This document shows positions 8,614 through 18,665 of a stretch of DNA of 40,115 nt, piece after piece; within the stretch, counting starts at the first letter, position 1; the number at the start of each line of letters is the position of its first letter. The DNA comes from Candidatus Brocadiia bacterium (lineage in GTDB: Bacteria > Planctomycetota > Brocadiia > SM23-32): NCBI GenBank assembly GCA_046538485.1, contig JBKHIT010000045.1:1-40115 (forward strand), in the 5' to 3' direction. A program made the translations under genes and the position numbers. The notes beneath the pieces were generated by a model. That model was given only the letters and a program-made list of their open reading frames with translations, did no database searches and was not told the origin of the DNA.

Positions 8614-10176
8614 TCAAATCGACGCGCGGACGCTTTCGAGGTTGAATCGTCCCGGCCGCGCGAGCATGCCAAGGGGGAAAGGCTGCGACCGGTTCTTGTT
8701 GTCCTCGCTCGACCATAGATCGGCCAGTTCCTTGAGCTCACCGGCCTCGATCAGAACTATGTTTCTGCCAATGTGCTCGGCAGTGTAACGCAAGGCAGTT
8801 GTGTCGGACTCTGGGGTGAATGAGGGAGCGACGACCAGAAATACCGGCACATCCTTCTCCGCACGATCCATGTATGAATCAAACTGGCGAAGAAAATCCT
8901 TCAGGCGGATCGGCGATGCAGAACTCTTGTTGTCCCACATTACCCACTTGTCTTCAAAAGATAAAAGCCCGTCCGAGTGCTCAGTCCCAGCCTGACGCAA
9001 AGGCGAAAGGTTGAGTTTGGTTTCAAAAAGATAAGTCGTTGCATCCTCGAAATACCCGTCGATTTCGCTGTCGCGCTCAATAATATGTTGCTTTCGGAGA
9101 ATATCTGTATCACGGGAACCCAGTTCTGTGAAATAATGATACCACACTTCCCGTTCGTCACCTTCTTCGACACCGTGTAGTTCCAGCTGATCGTAATGTT
9201 TGATTATTCTATCTATTCGGTCGTCTTTGAGCCCGGCTACATTAAGTCCCAGATCAGCACACCATTCAGCCAAATCCTGGCTGTTTAATCCCCCGCGCGG
9301 GCTGTCACCCCCAAGAACAACTGACGGCCGCACCGTCTCCATAACGCGGCTTTGTAGCTCCGTCAGGGTTGTGCGAGTCGGATACGGCACCCCGGCGTTT
9401 TTCAGCACATTTTTCAGATATGATTTGTTACGTACCGCCTTGTATTCGAGCAGTTGTTCGTATCCGGGGCGGCGAATCTCGACGTTGAGGGCCTCCTTAA
9501 TTTTGTCGGCGATTTCTTCAGGAATAACAACGAAATCGATCCCATCATCATCCCGCACCTCAAACAGCAGTCCCTTGCTCTCAAGAAGTCGGACTGTGTC
9601 GGTTATCTCATCCCGGGTGTGGAGCCGATTGTCAGATTTTGGGTACTTGCCCAGTTTCGCCTCTAAAATGCGATGCTCGCGTTCCGTTATTTGAAGACGT
9701 TCCCGCAGTTTACGAAGCAAATTCGCCTCATCCACAGACTTTGTCTCGCGATGCTCCCACGCGGTCTCAAGAACGAATTGGTAAAGGGAGAGATTCTTGT
9801 AGCGAACGCTACTTTCTTTATCGCCAGCAAGTTCGCGAAGTGTCTTTTCGTCGGCCGCTTTGACGATCTGTTGCTCCTTCTGTTGCACCTCTTCACTGAG
9901 CTCTTCGAACTCAAGGAGGTGGCCATATTCGTTGAGCAGAACATCATGGAGTATGATCCACGCTAATACACGGTGGCTAAGGTCATCGTTCACATAAAAA
10001 ACTTCATTGAGCGCCTTTTTAACTGTCTCGGGATGGGTATACTGGTTCTTTGTATCACAGATGCTCTCCCGAAGCCGTTGCTCGCCCAAGTGCTGATAAT
10101 CACGCACGTGCGCTGAGGCCGTACGCTTGAGCGCGTTCTTGGTAGGTATTGCTTCCAATGCCTTTTCGAATCTCAT
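8614..10176 (-). CDS. Multi-domain putative nuclease: TerB-like helices, wHTH-like segment, SAP/HEH motifs, C-terminal PD-(D/E)xK domain
   Basis: YQFVLETAW..DEANLLRKLRERLQITEREH (TerB-like); LAEWCADLGLNVAGLKDDRIDRI (SAP-like); FEDAT..HSDGLL..WDNKS (nuclease-like); GGGAGG RBS. Confidence 0.6.
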   Translation of the reverse strand: MRFEKALEAIPTKNALKRTASAHVRDYQHLGEQRLRESICDTKNQYTHPETVKKALNEVFYVNDDLSHRVLAWIILHDVLLNEYGHLLEFEELSEEVQQKEQQIVKAADEKTLRELAGDKESSVRYKNLSLYQFVLETAWEHRETKSVDEANLLRKLRERLQITEREHRILEAKLGKYPKSDNRLHTRDEITDTVRLLESKGLLFEVRDDDGIDFVVIPEEIADKIKEALNVEIRRPGYEQLLEYKAVRNKSYLKNVLKNAGVPYPTRTTLTELQSRVMETVRPSVVLGGDSPRGGLNSQDLAEWCADLGLNVAGLKDDRIDRIIKHYDQLELHGVEEGDEREVWYHYFTELGSRDTDILRKQHIIERDSEIDGYFEDATTYLFETKLNLSPLRQAGTEHSDGLLSFEDKWVMWDNKSSASPIRLKDFLRQFDSYMDRAEKDVPVFLVVAPSFTPESDTTALRYTAEHIGRNIVLIEAGELKELADLWSSEDNKNRSQPFPLGMLARPGRFNLESVRASI

Positions 10177-10332
10177 TTTGCCTCCCTAACAATTTGGTGG
10201 TCCCTTTTCCTCTGCTCAGCCTCCCTCAGAAGTCATTCTCATGGTACAATCAATCGTTTAGATTTCAAGGGTTTCCGCATACGAAAGCGGTTTTCCGGGT
10301 GTCTTGAACTTGCGTCTGAACCCTCGTGGGCG

Positions 10333-13278
10333 TCAATCTCCCCCCCGTTCCAGATTCAAGGCCAGCAGTTTTTCCAAAATTTGCTCATCGTCCATGTCCG
10401 GGGTCCACTCTTCGTCGCCGGTGGTCTGGCGGTAGGCGGCGCAGACTGCTTCGTCGAGTTTGGCGTGGGCGTTCTGGAGCCAGGTGGGTTGCTCGTTATA
10501 CAGGTTGGTCAGCGTGCGTTTTTTCAGAGCATCGGCGAAAGGTGGATCCGCCACCGTGCGTTCATACCGGACCGTGCCTATCCCCCGCTCGTCGGGGTCC
10601 TCCACGTAGCGGGACCACGGACCGTCCACCGAACCGGGAAATTCGAGCGTCTCCGTAACGGTCCACTCGGGAGGATTCAGCCAATTTTCACGCAATTCGT
10701 CCAGTTCCCGGGCCGCCCCGGCAATGTTTTCCACGAGCGGATCGCGCTCCGGCTCGTCACCTGGCGGCCAGGGGAACGGGAAGGTCTGGAAGCAAGTGGT
10801 GGGCGTGTAGCGGAAACCGCTCTCCGCCTCACGAAGCTGCGTTCCCTGCGCTCGGGCCCAAACTTCATGCACCCTGGAGTGCAAAACGCCGAAAAAGTAA
10901 TGGTCAGACCGTGGAAAGACGATCAACTGATCGTCCGGCAAAACGGGTTGGGAAAGCCATGCGAAAAGACGATGTTTGGAAACTCGTGGGCTGACGCAGA
11001 AGCGTGCCAATGTACCGGCGCGCTCTCGCATATCGGGTTGGGTTACTCCGTGCAACCACCACTGTTCCCGCAACCGGGGATCATTATTTTCCAAACGCTT
11101 TTTCTTGACGTTATCTACAATATACTGGAACGGCAATTCGTACAAAGCAGCTTTTTCTTGAGACATATCCACGCCAAAATCTATTACCCAAATTCTTCGG
11201 GTGCGCGACGTAATGTCTCTTCCATTGTAATAAGGTCTTATTACATCAGAATTCGGATTCCCGTGTGGGTTGGGCGATTCCTGTAGGAATTGGAGAGCCA
11301 ACTTCTCGCCGATATCGAAATCCCCCCTCTTCTGAGAACCTCGCGACGAGAGTTCACCGGTTATCGGAATCTTCACCGCTTTCGTAACATCTATTGTTCC
11401 CGTTAGATTGGAGTGAATGCTCTCCACTTCCCGCCCATCCAAAACCTTCCTTTCTTCACGGCCAGTATCAAAAGCAACCATGGAAACGTGAACGTGAGCT
11501 CCATCAAGCACCCACGGCCGATCGCTTTCTGCAAAAAACATTTCGCATTCTTTCTTTATCCGCTGCAGAACGGTTCTGTTTGCCCCGCCGCGTATCCCTT
11601 GGGTTGCAAGTAGCCCTACTCGTTTGCAATGCGCGTGCTTCAATTGCCGAAGTGCGTTTTCGAACCAGTAGCAACATAAATCCGAAGATTTCGGCAATCG
11701 ATCAGAGTACACAGTAAAAAGTTGCTCAAGATACTCGTCTCCCAATTGCTCTCTCAGGAAACTACGGCCCAAAAACGGCGGGTTCCCCACGATGTAATCA
11801 ACTTTGGGCCACTCGGGTTCTTGTGGATTATCCGGGTCGCTCAAGTCGAGGATGGCGTCTTTGTTCTGGAAGTTCCCCTCCATGGGTCTGAGCACGGGAT
11901 CACTGCTGATGCCGAACCCGTTGGCTTTGACCCATTGCAAATACCCGATCCATACCACCATCTGCGCCAGATCATACGCATACGGGCTCACCTCGATGCC
12001 GTAGAGCTGCCATGGACCCACCATGGTCATGATCTGACCCAGGTTGTGCTGTTCGGCAAACAAAATAACCTCTTTTTCCAGATCTTTGAGCTTCTGAAGC
12101 GTCACGTACAGAAAATTCCCCGAGCCGCAGGCCGGATCCAGCACCTTCACCTGGGTCAGCCGCTCGTGAAACCGTCTCACCAACCGCTCGGCTTCATTGC
12201 GACTGCGGGTGCGCACGGATTTTGACATCGGTTTGTCGCGTTCTTTCCCGCTTTTCCGGCCGGTGCGGATGAGATTCTCGACCGTCTCTTTGGTCTCTCC
12301 CCACCGGTCTTCCAGCGGCCACATGACGACGGGGTCGACAAGGGTTTCGATGTCTTCGCGGCTGGTATAATGTGCACCGATCTGCGCGCGTTTGTCGGGA
12401 TCCATACCCCGTTCGAAAAGCGTGCCGAAGATAGACGGATCGACTGCGCCCCAATCGAGCTGGGCCGCCTGGCGGATGCGTTCGATCTCGTCGGCGGTCA
12501 TCTCAAGAACCGGCCCGCCCACGAACAGGTTGCCGTTGAAATGCCGGATCTCTTCCATCCCAAAATCGCCGCCTTCCGACATGGCATCGAAAAGCTGCCC
12601 CACCAGTTTGTGGAACCGCTCGGGTTCCTCACGCGTCTTCTCCACCAGGCGGCTGAAAAGGTTCTCGGGCAGAAGCTCGATATCTTCCGCGAACAGGCAA
12701 AAGACCATGCGATCGAGGAAATGTGCCACCTCCTGGCTGTCCAGCCCCCTCTCGCGCATGTCCTGAGCGATACTGCCGATTCGTTCCGCGGCCTCGCTGG
12801 TGATAGCCTCGCTGGTGCGGCCGGGACGCAGTTTATCGGGATGGTAGAAAACCGCACGCAAAATCTCCAGACTGCGCGGGTCGGCCAGTTCGCTGAGCGC
12901 GATTTCATGGACCTCGGTCCGCGTCGCGGTAAAATTAGTATGGATCACGATACGGTCGAGGTCGCAGACTACCAGCAGCGGGGGATTTTCGAGGGCTTCC
13001 CGGTATTCCAGAAGCTGATCATAGGCGTCATCGAGATCGCGTCCGGGACCCTTGTATTCCCAGGCGAAATGGCCTTTTTTCCAGACATCCGCCCAACCGT
13101 GGGAACCGTGGTGTTTTTCGGTGAGTTTCTCGAAAGTAAATTCTTCCCCGGTGGTGTCCGCGGCGGCCGGTTTGGGATGGTCCAGTAGTTCGCAGAGGTC
13201 GCAGAAATGCTGCTGGGCGGCAGACCGTTCGCTGAGGTCGTGGTCGCACCATTTCTGGATGAACTGTGACGGATTCAT
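10333..13278 (-). CDS. Type IIL (MmeI/YeeA-like) fused restriction endonuclease-N6-adenine methyltransferase
   Basis: N-terminal SERSAAQQHF..ADV..WEYK; IFGTLFE; GAHYTS; VLDPACGSGNF; GNPPF; RYTPTTCFQTFPFP; RTLTNLYN..WL..AH..LD.AV..AY. Confidence 0.92.
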   Translation of the reverse strand: MNPSQFIQKWCDHDLSERSAAQQHFCDLCELLDHPKPAAADTTGEEFTFEKLTEKHHGSHGWADVWKKGHFAWEYKGPGRDLDDAYDQLLEYREALENPPLLVVCDLDRIVIHTNFTATRTEVHEIALSELADPRSLEILRAVFYHPDKLRPGRTSEAITSEAAERIGSIAQDMRERGLDSQEVAHFLDRMVFCLFAEDIELLPENLFSRLVEKTREEPERFHKLVGQLFDAMSEGGDFGMEEIRHFNGNLFVGGPVLEMTADEIERIRQAAQLDWGAVDPSIFGTLFERGMDPDKRAQIGAHYTSREDIETLVDPVVMWPLEDRWGETKETVENLIRTGRKSGKERDKPMSKSVRTRSRNEAERLVRRFHERLTQVKVLDPACGSGNFLYVTLQKLKDLEKEVILFAEQHNLGQIMTMVGPWQLYGIEVSPYAYDLAQMVVWIGYLQWVKANGFGISSDPVLRPMEGNFQNKDAILDLSDPDNPQEPEWPKVDYIVGNPPFLGRSFLREQLGDEYLEQLFTVYSDRLPKSSDLCCYWFENALRQLKHAHCKRVGLLATQGIRGGANRTVLQRIKKECEMFFAESDRPWVLDGAHVHVSMVAFDTGREERKVLDGREVESIHSNLTGTIDVTKAVKIPITGELSSRGSQKRGDFDIGEKLALQFLQESPNPHGNPNSDVIRPYYNGRDITSRTRRIWVIDFGVDMSQEKAALYELPFQYIVDNVKKKRLENNDPRLREQWWLHGVTQPDMRERAGTLARFCVSPRVSKHRLFAWLSQPVLPDDQLIVFPRSDHYFFGVLHSRVHEVWARAQGTQLREAESGFRYTPTTCFQTFPFPWPPGDEPERDPLVENIAGAARELDELRENWLNPPEWTVTETLEFPGSVDGPWSRYVEDPDERGIGTVRYERTVADPPFADALKKRTLTNLYNEQPTWLQNAHAKLDEAVCAAYRQTTGDEEWTPDMDDEQILEKLLALNLERGGD

Positions 13279-13367
13279 GGTAGCCTGATTATAAGAAGCA
13301 GGCAGGGATGGGGCAAGACGGAAGGTCGGCAGAGATCGGGGTCAAGGACTACGGATAACAGCAAAGC

Positions 13368-13486
13368 GGCGCCCTCCGTTCGGGGGCTTTGATATGCGGG
13401 CACCTTCTCATCCCGGAGCTTGCGCGCCAGACAGCGGCGCGGCCGCGCACCGGGATACGTCTGCTTCGCCCCCATCCGGGGGCTTA
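13368..13486 (-). repeat. Degenerate REP/MITE-like element
   Basis: Terminal hairpins GCCCTCCGTTCGGGGGC and GCCCCCATCCGGGGGC enclose CCCGG...CCGGG with an internal hairpin. Confidence 0.55.
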
Positions 13487-13590
13487 TGTAGGGGACCAGA
13501 TAACTGGCTCGTATTCATGTTTGCAGACAAATCGGGCAACCAGCAATGGGCGAGGCCGCGAAAAGCCCGAGAATTGATTGTATCCGTTTC

Positions 13591-13706
13591 CTCTCAAGCG
13601 CCTCTTCGGGACGCGTTTTGTTTGGTGACCCTTGAAACCCCGAACTCCGGCGGCTGTCGCCGCCTCCGCACGGCGCTACACTCTCAAGCGACCCTCCGGG
13701 CCGCCT
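13591..13706 (-). repeat. REP/MITE-like element, inverted copy of 25394-25506
   Basis: Reverse complement contains CCGTGCGGAGGCGGCGACAGCCGCCGGAGTTCGGGG..GCGTCCCGAAGAGGCGCTTGAGA, matching 25394-25506. Confidence 0.85.
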
Positions 13707-13893
13707 CCGACTCCCGTTACACATCGATTACCGGTTAATGGCGTTCCCCGGCAGCCCGGGTCACCAGGTGTTGGCCCGTTCAGTATGACAGGCATTTTGT
13801 CAGTACGCGTTCAGCGTATCGAGTGCCGTTCCACTTGATTCTGTGCCGTTGTTGGTAGTACATTGCCGGGTGCGGGGGATATGAGATGAGGAT

Positions 13894-15000
13894 ATGAGCA
13901 AACGGAAAACTATCTTGACGGTCGGGAAGTTTCTCGCCATTTTCTTTGTGCTGGGGCTTCTGTACTTTGTTCTCCGGAGTATAGGATTTCAGGAAATACT
14001 TTCGGCGATTCACGAGGCGCGTTTCGATACGGTTCTTGCGGCGATTGGGCTGAATTTTGTTGTTTTTTTGTTGTGGACATTTCGCCTTCAGCTGATGATG
14101 AATCCCGAGGATAGAGCCAGCATTTTAGTGCTTTTCCCGATCTATATGGCGGGAGTTTTTGGAAATATTATCACTCCGGGGGCTCGCGTGGGCGGGGAAC
14201 CAATTCGGGCGTATTATATGGGTAAAGTGCTCGGGGGGGAGCGCAGCAGTCACCTGGGGATTTTAATCGCTGACAAACTCGGCAATATGGCCGTTTATTT
14301 CGGTTATCTGCTCGTTGCCGTGAGTTTTGTGGCTCTGTTTGTCCCTCTCCGTTTGGAATTCAAGATTCTGCTTGAAGGGCTTGTTCTGCTGATAATCGGT
14401 GCCGCTGTGAGTGGCGTCTTGCTGCGACATCACATCGGGGTTAATTCGCCGTTTATGAGTAAGCTACTCCGGTTTCTCTACAATGAACCTATTCTTCGTT
14501 TTGCTCGAAAGAGATTCCAAACCTATCAGCATTTTGAGAGTTGGGTTATTGAAAAACTCGACAATATTTTCACTCCCATAGGCAATGCGGCCACCAGCCC
14601 AACAACATTGGCGAAAGTTATCTCCATATCGAGCGTGGCCTGGTTGCTTTTCTTCCTGGCCAATTTCATTTTGTTCTTTGGGTTTGGCGAACCGGTCAGT
14701 TTCTTCAAAGTCCTTGTCATCGTCTCCATTGCGAATTTCTGTGGCGACCTCGGCGTCTCTCCGGGGGGGGCAGGATTTATGGAGACGGCGATGATTGCTC
14801 TCTGTGCTGCCTTTGGAGTGGAAAGTCATGCAGCGGCCGCCGTTGCGCTCGTGAGCCGAGGCATTTTCTACTTCTGTGGACTTGGCATAGGTGGGGCCTG
14901 TTTTGTGGTTCTGGCTTTGATGTATGGCCGACGTAAAGAGAACGACGAAGAACCGTCGCCAGAGCCCGAATCCGCATCGACCAAAAGCGAAATCGGTTGA
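13894..15000 (+). CDS. Lysylphosphatidylglycerol synthase TM / UPF0104 flippase-like membrane protein
   Basis: Multi-TM; GNIITPGARVGGEPIRAYY and SPGGAGFME motifs. Confidence 0.88.
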   Translation: MSKRKTILTVGKFLAIFFVLGLLYFVLRSIGFQEILSAIHEARFDTVLAAIGLNFVVFLLWTFRLQLMMNPEDRASILVLFPIYMAGVFGNIITPGARVGGEPIRAYYMGKVLGGERSSHLGILIADKLGNMAVYFGYLLVAVSFVALFVPLRLEFKILLEGLVLLIIGAAVSGVLLRHHIGVNSPFMSKLLRFLYNEPILRFARKRFQTYQHFESWVIEKLDNIFTPIGNAATSPTTLAKVISISSVAWLLFFLANFILFFGFGEPVSFFKVLVIVSIANFCGDLGVSPGGAGFMETAMIALCAAFGVESHAAAAVALVSRGIFYFCGLGIGGACFVVLALMYGRRKENDEEPSPEPESASTKSEIG

Positions 15001-15013
15001 CGAAGCTCTTTGG

Positions 15014-16201
15014 TTACGATCCGGTTGCATCAACTTCTCTCTGCTGCTGCGTTTCCTCAGCGTGGGTGGCAGAAACATGCAAAACGATCTGGATTATGAC
15101 CAGGCACAGAACGATTCCGGCCGCGGGAATGTAGGGGGTTCGCAGGCCGAATTTATGGGCCACGACACCCCCTCCTACGGTCCCAAGGAGGATGCCGCCG
15201 AGAAGCGCGGCTTCGTGGAGGCCACTTTTCAAACCCCGGGACCCCACATCGGCGAGGCTTGCGTAGAGGCTGAGGGAATAGACGAATCCGAGCGTCAGGC
15301 CCAGGAACACAAAAACGACTCCGAGCCAGAGATGGCTGCTGGCGAGGGCAACGGTCGCGAGCAAACAGGCCGAGATGATCTGAACGACGATTGACAGCCC
15401 CCATTTGTGGGGAGCGGAGGCGCCGCGGAAACTTGCCCAGAAAACAGCCGTCCGAGCGAGACCAAGCGCCGCCACGAGCAGACCAAACAGTCCTGATCCG
15501 ACGCCGATGGTTGTGCCGAGATCGGGAAAGACTCCCGTCATCAAGCCGATCATGCAGCAGACAGCGGTGTTGCCGAGCCAGCAGGCGGCCAGTCGACGTT
15601 TGGTGCCCGGCGGGGCCGGGGGGGCGGAGTGAGTCTCGGGATGCGGCTCGCCGCGGTCTTCCTGGTGAGCGGGGGCGAATCGGGCCAGGCAAACGCCGAT
15701 GACGGCCAGCAAGAAAGGCAGAGATGGTTCGAGCTGGAAAAGCCACCCGGAAAGCAACGACCCTACCATTAATCCGCAGCTCCACCCCAGGTTGACCATT
15801 CCCGTGGCGCGCGCCAGATTCGGAGGCTCGTGGGCATCACCCAGCCACGCGAACAGTGAGGGCCAGAAGAAAGAAAGCGAGGTGGCCCAGAGGATGGCGG
15901 CGAGGTAAAGGTGCCAGAGCTTCTCTGCGGAAGCGGTGAAAATAAAGGAAAACGCAATACCGGCGGCGGCAATCCCTATCAGACGGTTCCGCCGGGTCCG
16001 ATCGGCCAGCAGTGCCACAGGGATACACGCGACCATATAAGCCACTCCCCGGGCGGCGCCGAGTATTCCGAGGTCCAGAGAGTTCCCCCCCATCTCGAGG
16101 GCAAAATACGGGAGAGCAACGATAAACATCGCCGAACTGAAGTCCATCCAGAAAGCGGCCCGGAAGAAACGACCGCTATGACGCCACGTGAGCTTTTTCA
16201 T
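15014..16201 (-). CDS. MFS transporter
   Basis: About 12 TM segments; motif-A-like LLADRTRRNRL. Confidence 0.85.
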   Translation of the reverse strand: MKKLTWRHSGRFFRAAFWMDFSSAMFIVALPYFALEMGGNSLDLGILGAARGVAYMVACIPVALLADRTRRNRLIGIAAAGIAFSFIFTASAEKLWHLYLAAILWATSLSFFWPSLFAWLGDAHEPPNLARATGMVNLGWSCGLMVGSLLSGWLFQLEPSLPFLLAVIGVCLARFAPAHQEDRGEPHPETHSAPPAPPGTKRRLAACWLGNTAVCCMIGLMTGVFPDLGTTIGVGSGLFGLLVAALGLARTAVFWASFRGASAPHKWGLSIVVQIISACLLATVALASSHLWLGVVFVFLGLTLGFVYSLSLYASLADVGSRGLKSGLHEAALLGGILLGTVGGGVVAHKFGLRTPYIPAAGIVLCLVIIQIVLHVSATHAEETQQQREVDATGS

Positions 16202-16286
16202 TCCTGTAGTTAATCCTGATTTTGATGATCCGGCAAAGATCAGGTTTTAAAGCACTGCCCCCCGAAATTGCAAATGCGGGACATCT

Positions 16287-16315
16287 TTGACGGGTGCAAG
16301 GACGGATTGTATTGT
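16287..16315 (+). promoter_or_regulatory. Possible sigma70 promoter
   Basis: TTGACG-17 nt-TATTGT upstream of the epimerase. Confidence 0.4.
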
Positions 16316-16361
16316 ATACTTAGCTTATTGTTTTCATAGACCTGATCGGCGGGGAGGAAAT

Positions 16362-17327
16362 ATGAGAAGCGCACTGGTGACCGGCGGGGCCGGTTTTATC
16401 GGTTCACATCTGACGGAACGGTTGCTTGATGAGGGATGGGAAGTCTACGTTATCGACAACCTGACAACCGGAAATATCCGCAATCTGGACGGCGTAAGGG
16501 ACCATGAGAATCTGCACGTTACGATTGACGGAATCGAGAACGAACCTGTTTTAATGGAGCTGGTTGACCGTGCGGATGTCGTATTTCATCTTGCGGCCGC
16601 GGTGGGAGTCAAACTCATTGTCGAAGACCCCGTGCATACAATTGAGACCAATATCCACGGTACCGAACACCTTCTGCGGCATTGTTCAACAAAAGCGAAA
16701 AAGGTTGTCCTTGCCTCAACCAGCGAAGTTTACGGGAAAGGCAGCAGAGAGAGGTTCGCTGAAGAGGATGATCTGGTGTTTGGACCAACGACACGGGCGC
16801 GGTGGAGTTATGGGTGTTCGAAAGCGATCGATGAGTTCCTCGCGTTGGCTTACTGTCGTTCCCGGAACTTGCCCACGGTGATACTGCGGCTGTTCAACAC
16901 CGTAGGGCCCCGACAGGTCGGGCGCTACGGCATGGTGGTGCCGCGATTCGTGCGTCAGGCTCTGGAAGGAGACCCCATTACGGTCTACGGTGATGGCAAG
17001 CAGGTCAGGTGCTTTACTCATGTGCGAGACGTTGTGGAAGCAATTGTCCATCTGGTTGATTGCGATGAAGCAGTAGGCGAGATTTTCAATGTTGGGAGCG
17101 GAAATCCCGTTACGATCCAACAACTTGCTGAGCGGGTCAGGGAACTTGTCAATACCGACGCTGATATTACTCATATTCCCTACGAAGAAGCTTATGGGTC
17201 GGGCTTTGAAGATATTCGCATGAGAGCGCCGGATATTACAAAACTCCGTGCGGCTGTAAATTTCGAGCCGACGGCTGATCTTGAACGTATTATTATCGAT
17301 GTTCGGAACTATTTGGAAGAACAGTAA
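16362..17327 (+). CDS. NAD-dependent nucleotide-sugar epimerase/dehydratase (extended SDR)
   Basis: VTGGAGFIGSHL, HLAAAVGV, ASTSEVYG, YGCSK; ATG at 16362 with GGGAGG RBS. Confidence 0.93.
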   Translation: MRSALVTGGAGFIGSHLTERLLDEGWEVYVIDNLTTGNIRNLDGVRDHENLHVTIDGIENEPVLMELVDRADVVFHLAAAVGVKLIVEDPVHTIETNIHGTEHLLRHCSTKAKKVVLASTSEVYGKGSRERFAEEDDLVFGPTTRARWSYGCSKAIDEFLALAYCRSRNLPTVILRLFNTVGPRQVGRYGMVVPRFVRQALEGDPITVYGDGKQVRCFTHVRDVVEAIVHLVDCDEAVGEIFNVGSGNPVTIQQLAERVRELVNTDADITHIPYEEAYGSGFEDIRMRAPDITKLRAAVNFEPTADLERIIIDVRNYLEEQ

Positions 17328-17357
17328 ACAAGATTGCGATGTAACGGAGCCACTAAA

Positions 17358-18665
17358 ATGTACTCTTTGAACCCGAGAGCCGTTTTTGCGCATGAGCGAG
17401 TGTTCGACAATCCCCGGGCACTGGAAAGAATGGACAGGATGCTCGACGCACTTGGCATGGATCGCAACGAGGTCCCGACGGTTAATATTGCGGATGTCCC
17501 TGATATTCTGGAAGTAGCAGGTGTTGATGAGAATCTGGCCAGTGAAAGAAATCTGGAGGCCGGACACGGAAGAATTCGGCAGGGCCTTCTCAAAGTTGAA
17601 GACGATCCGGTAATGGTTTTCAACACCTTCGTGTGGGACGAGGACGAGCGGCTTGAAGCGCCGCGAGAATATGCCAATCCCCACGCCCGCCGGCTCCAGG
17701 CCCAGTTCTGTGGAGTTGGCGAAGATTTTGCTTTCAGCCGGCGCGATCTGTTCAGCCCACAGTCCCCGCATTACATCTGCCAGGGTGGCTGGGGCGTTCA
17801 TACGCTTGGCGGTTGCGTTCACAAGTGCGATTACTGCGGCCAGGGCTTCATCGTCAATGTGATGCTCGATATCGACGAATTTTGCGAGCACGTGGCGGCA
17901 ATGTTCGAGCGACGCCCCCGCCAGCTTCTTTACCGATACGATCTTTATAGCGATATCCTTGCTTTTGAACCCGAGTACGGCGCGAGCGAGACGCTTGTTC
18001 GCACGTTTGCGGAATACGATAAATATTTGCTTCTCTACACCCGCAGCAACAATGTCGAATGGTTGGCGGACCTGCCGCACAAAGACCATGCGCCGATCAA
18101 CTGGACGATCTCGATGGATACACAGGCTCGCCTCATCGAACGCGATTCTCCAACGCTTGAAGAGCGTCTCGATGCCATGCGGTTCTGCCAGGAACACGGT
18201 TTCACCGTCCGAGCCGGGTTTTCGCCGGTGGTCCCGGTGTCCAACTGGCGTGAAGAGACCACAGAGATGCTGGAGATGATGTTCGATCGCGTCGAGCCGG
18301 AGGTGCTTCGTGCCTGGGTGCTGGCCATGATGGACGCCGATGAGTTCGAGCGGATCTTCGATACGGATGCGATGGACCAGAGATTCATGCGTCGCATGCG
18401 GGAAGAAGCGGACAAACTCGACGGGACCCACCAGGCGCCGTTTCCACTGGACGGGCGGACCGAGATCTATCAATACTATATCGATGAGATAAAACGTATT
18501 TCTCCCGAGACGCCTTTTGCGATTTGCACTGAGCACCCCGCAGTTTGGGATGCGCTGGAAGATCAGTTGAAGATGACACGCACGAAAATGTTTTGTTGTT
18601 GCGGAGGAATGAGCCCGCCGGGGGCCTGGGACGGGGAAAATACGGTGTTGACAGGAGAGAAGTAA
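17358..18665 (+). CDS. Radical SAM protein, spore photoproduct lyase (SPL)-like family
   Basis: GCVHKCDYC (CxxxCxxC); YSDIL.FEP; INWTI..IERDSPTLEERLDAM..GF.PVVP; ATG at 17358 with GGAG RBS. Confidence 0.75.
   Translation: MYSLNPRAVFAHERVFDNPRALERMDRMLDALGMDRNEVPTVNIADVPDILEVAGVDENLASERNLEAGHGRIRQGLLKVEDDPVMVFNTFVWDEDERLEAPREYANPHARRLQAQFCGVGEDFAFSRRDLFSPQSPHYICQGGWGVHTLGGCVHKCDYCGQGFIVNVMLDIDEFCEHVAAMFERRPRQLLYRYDLYSDILAFEPEYGASETLVRTFAEYDKYLLLYTRSNNVEWLADLPHKDHAPINWTISMDTQARLIERDSPTLEERLDAMRFCQEHGFTVRAGFSPVVPVSNWREETTEMLEMMFDRVEPEVLRAWVLAMMDADEFERIFDTDAMDQRFMRRMREEADKLDGTHQAPFPLDGRTEIYQYYIDEIKRISPETPFAICTEHPAVWDALEDQLKMTRTKMFCCCGGMSPPGAWDGENTVLTGEK

Noticed and set aside
16716..18536. 606-aa minus-strand ORF (and similar long antisense ORFs over the ATPase, RM and aconitase genes)
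   Set aside because: They overlap well-supported genes on the other strand, as expected from codon bias in GC-rich DNA
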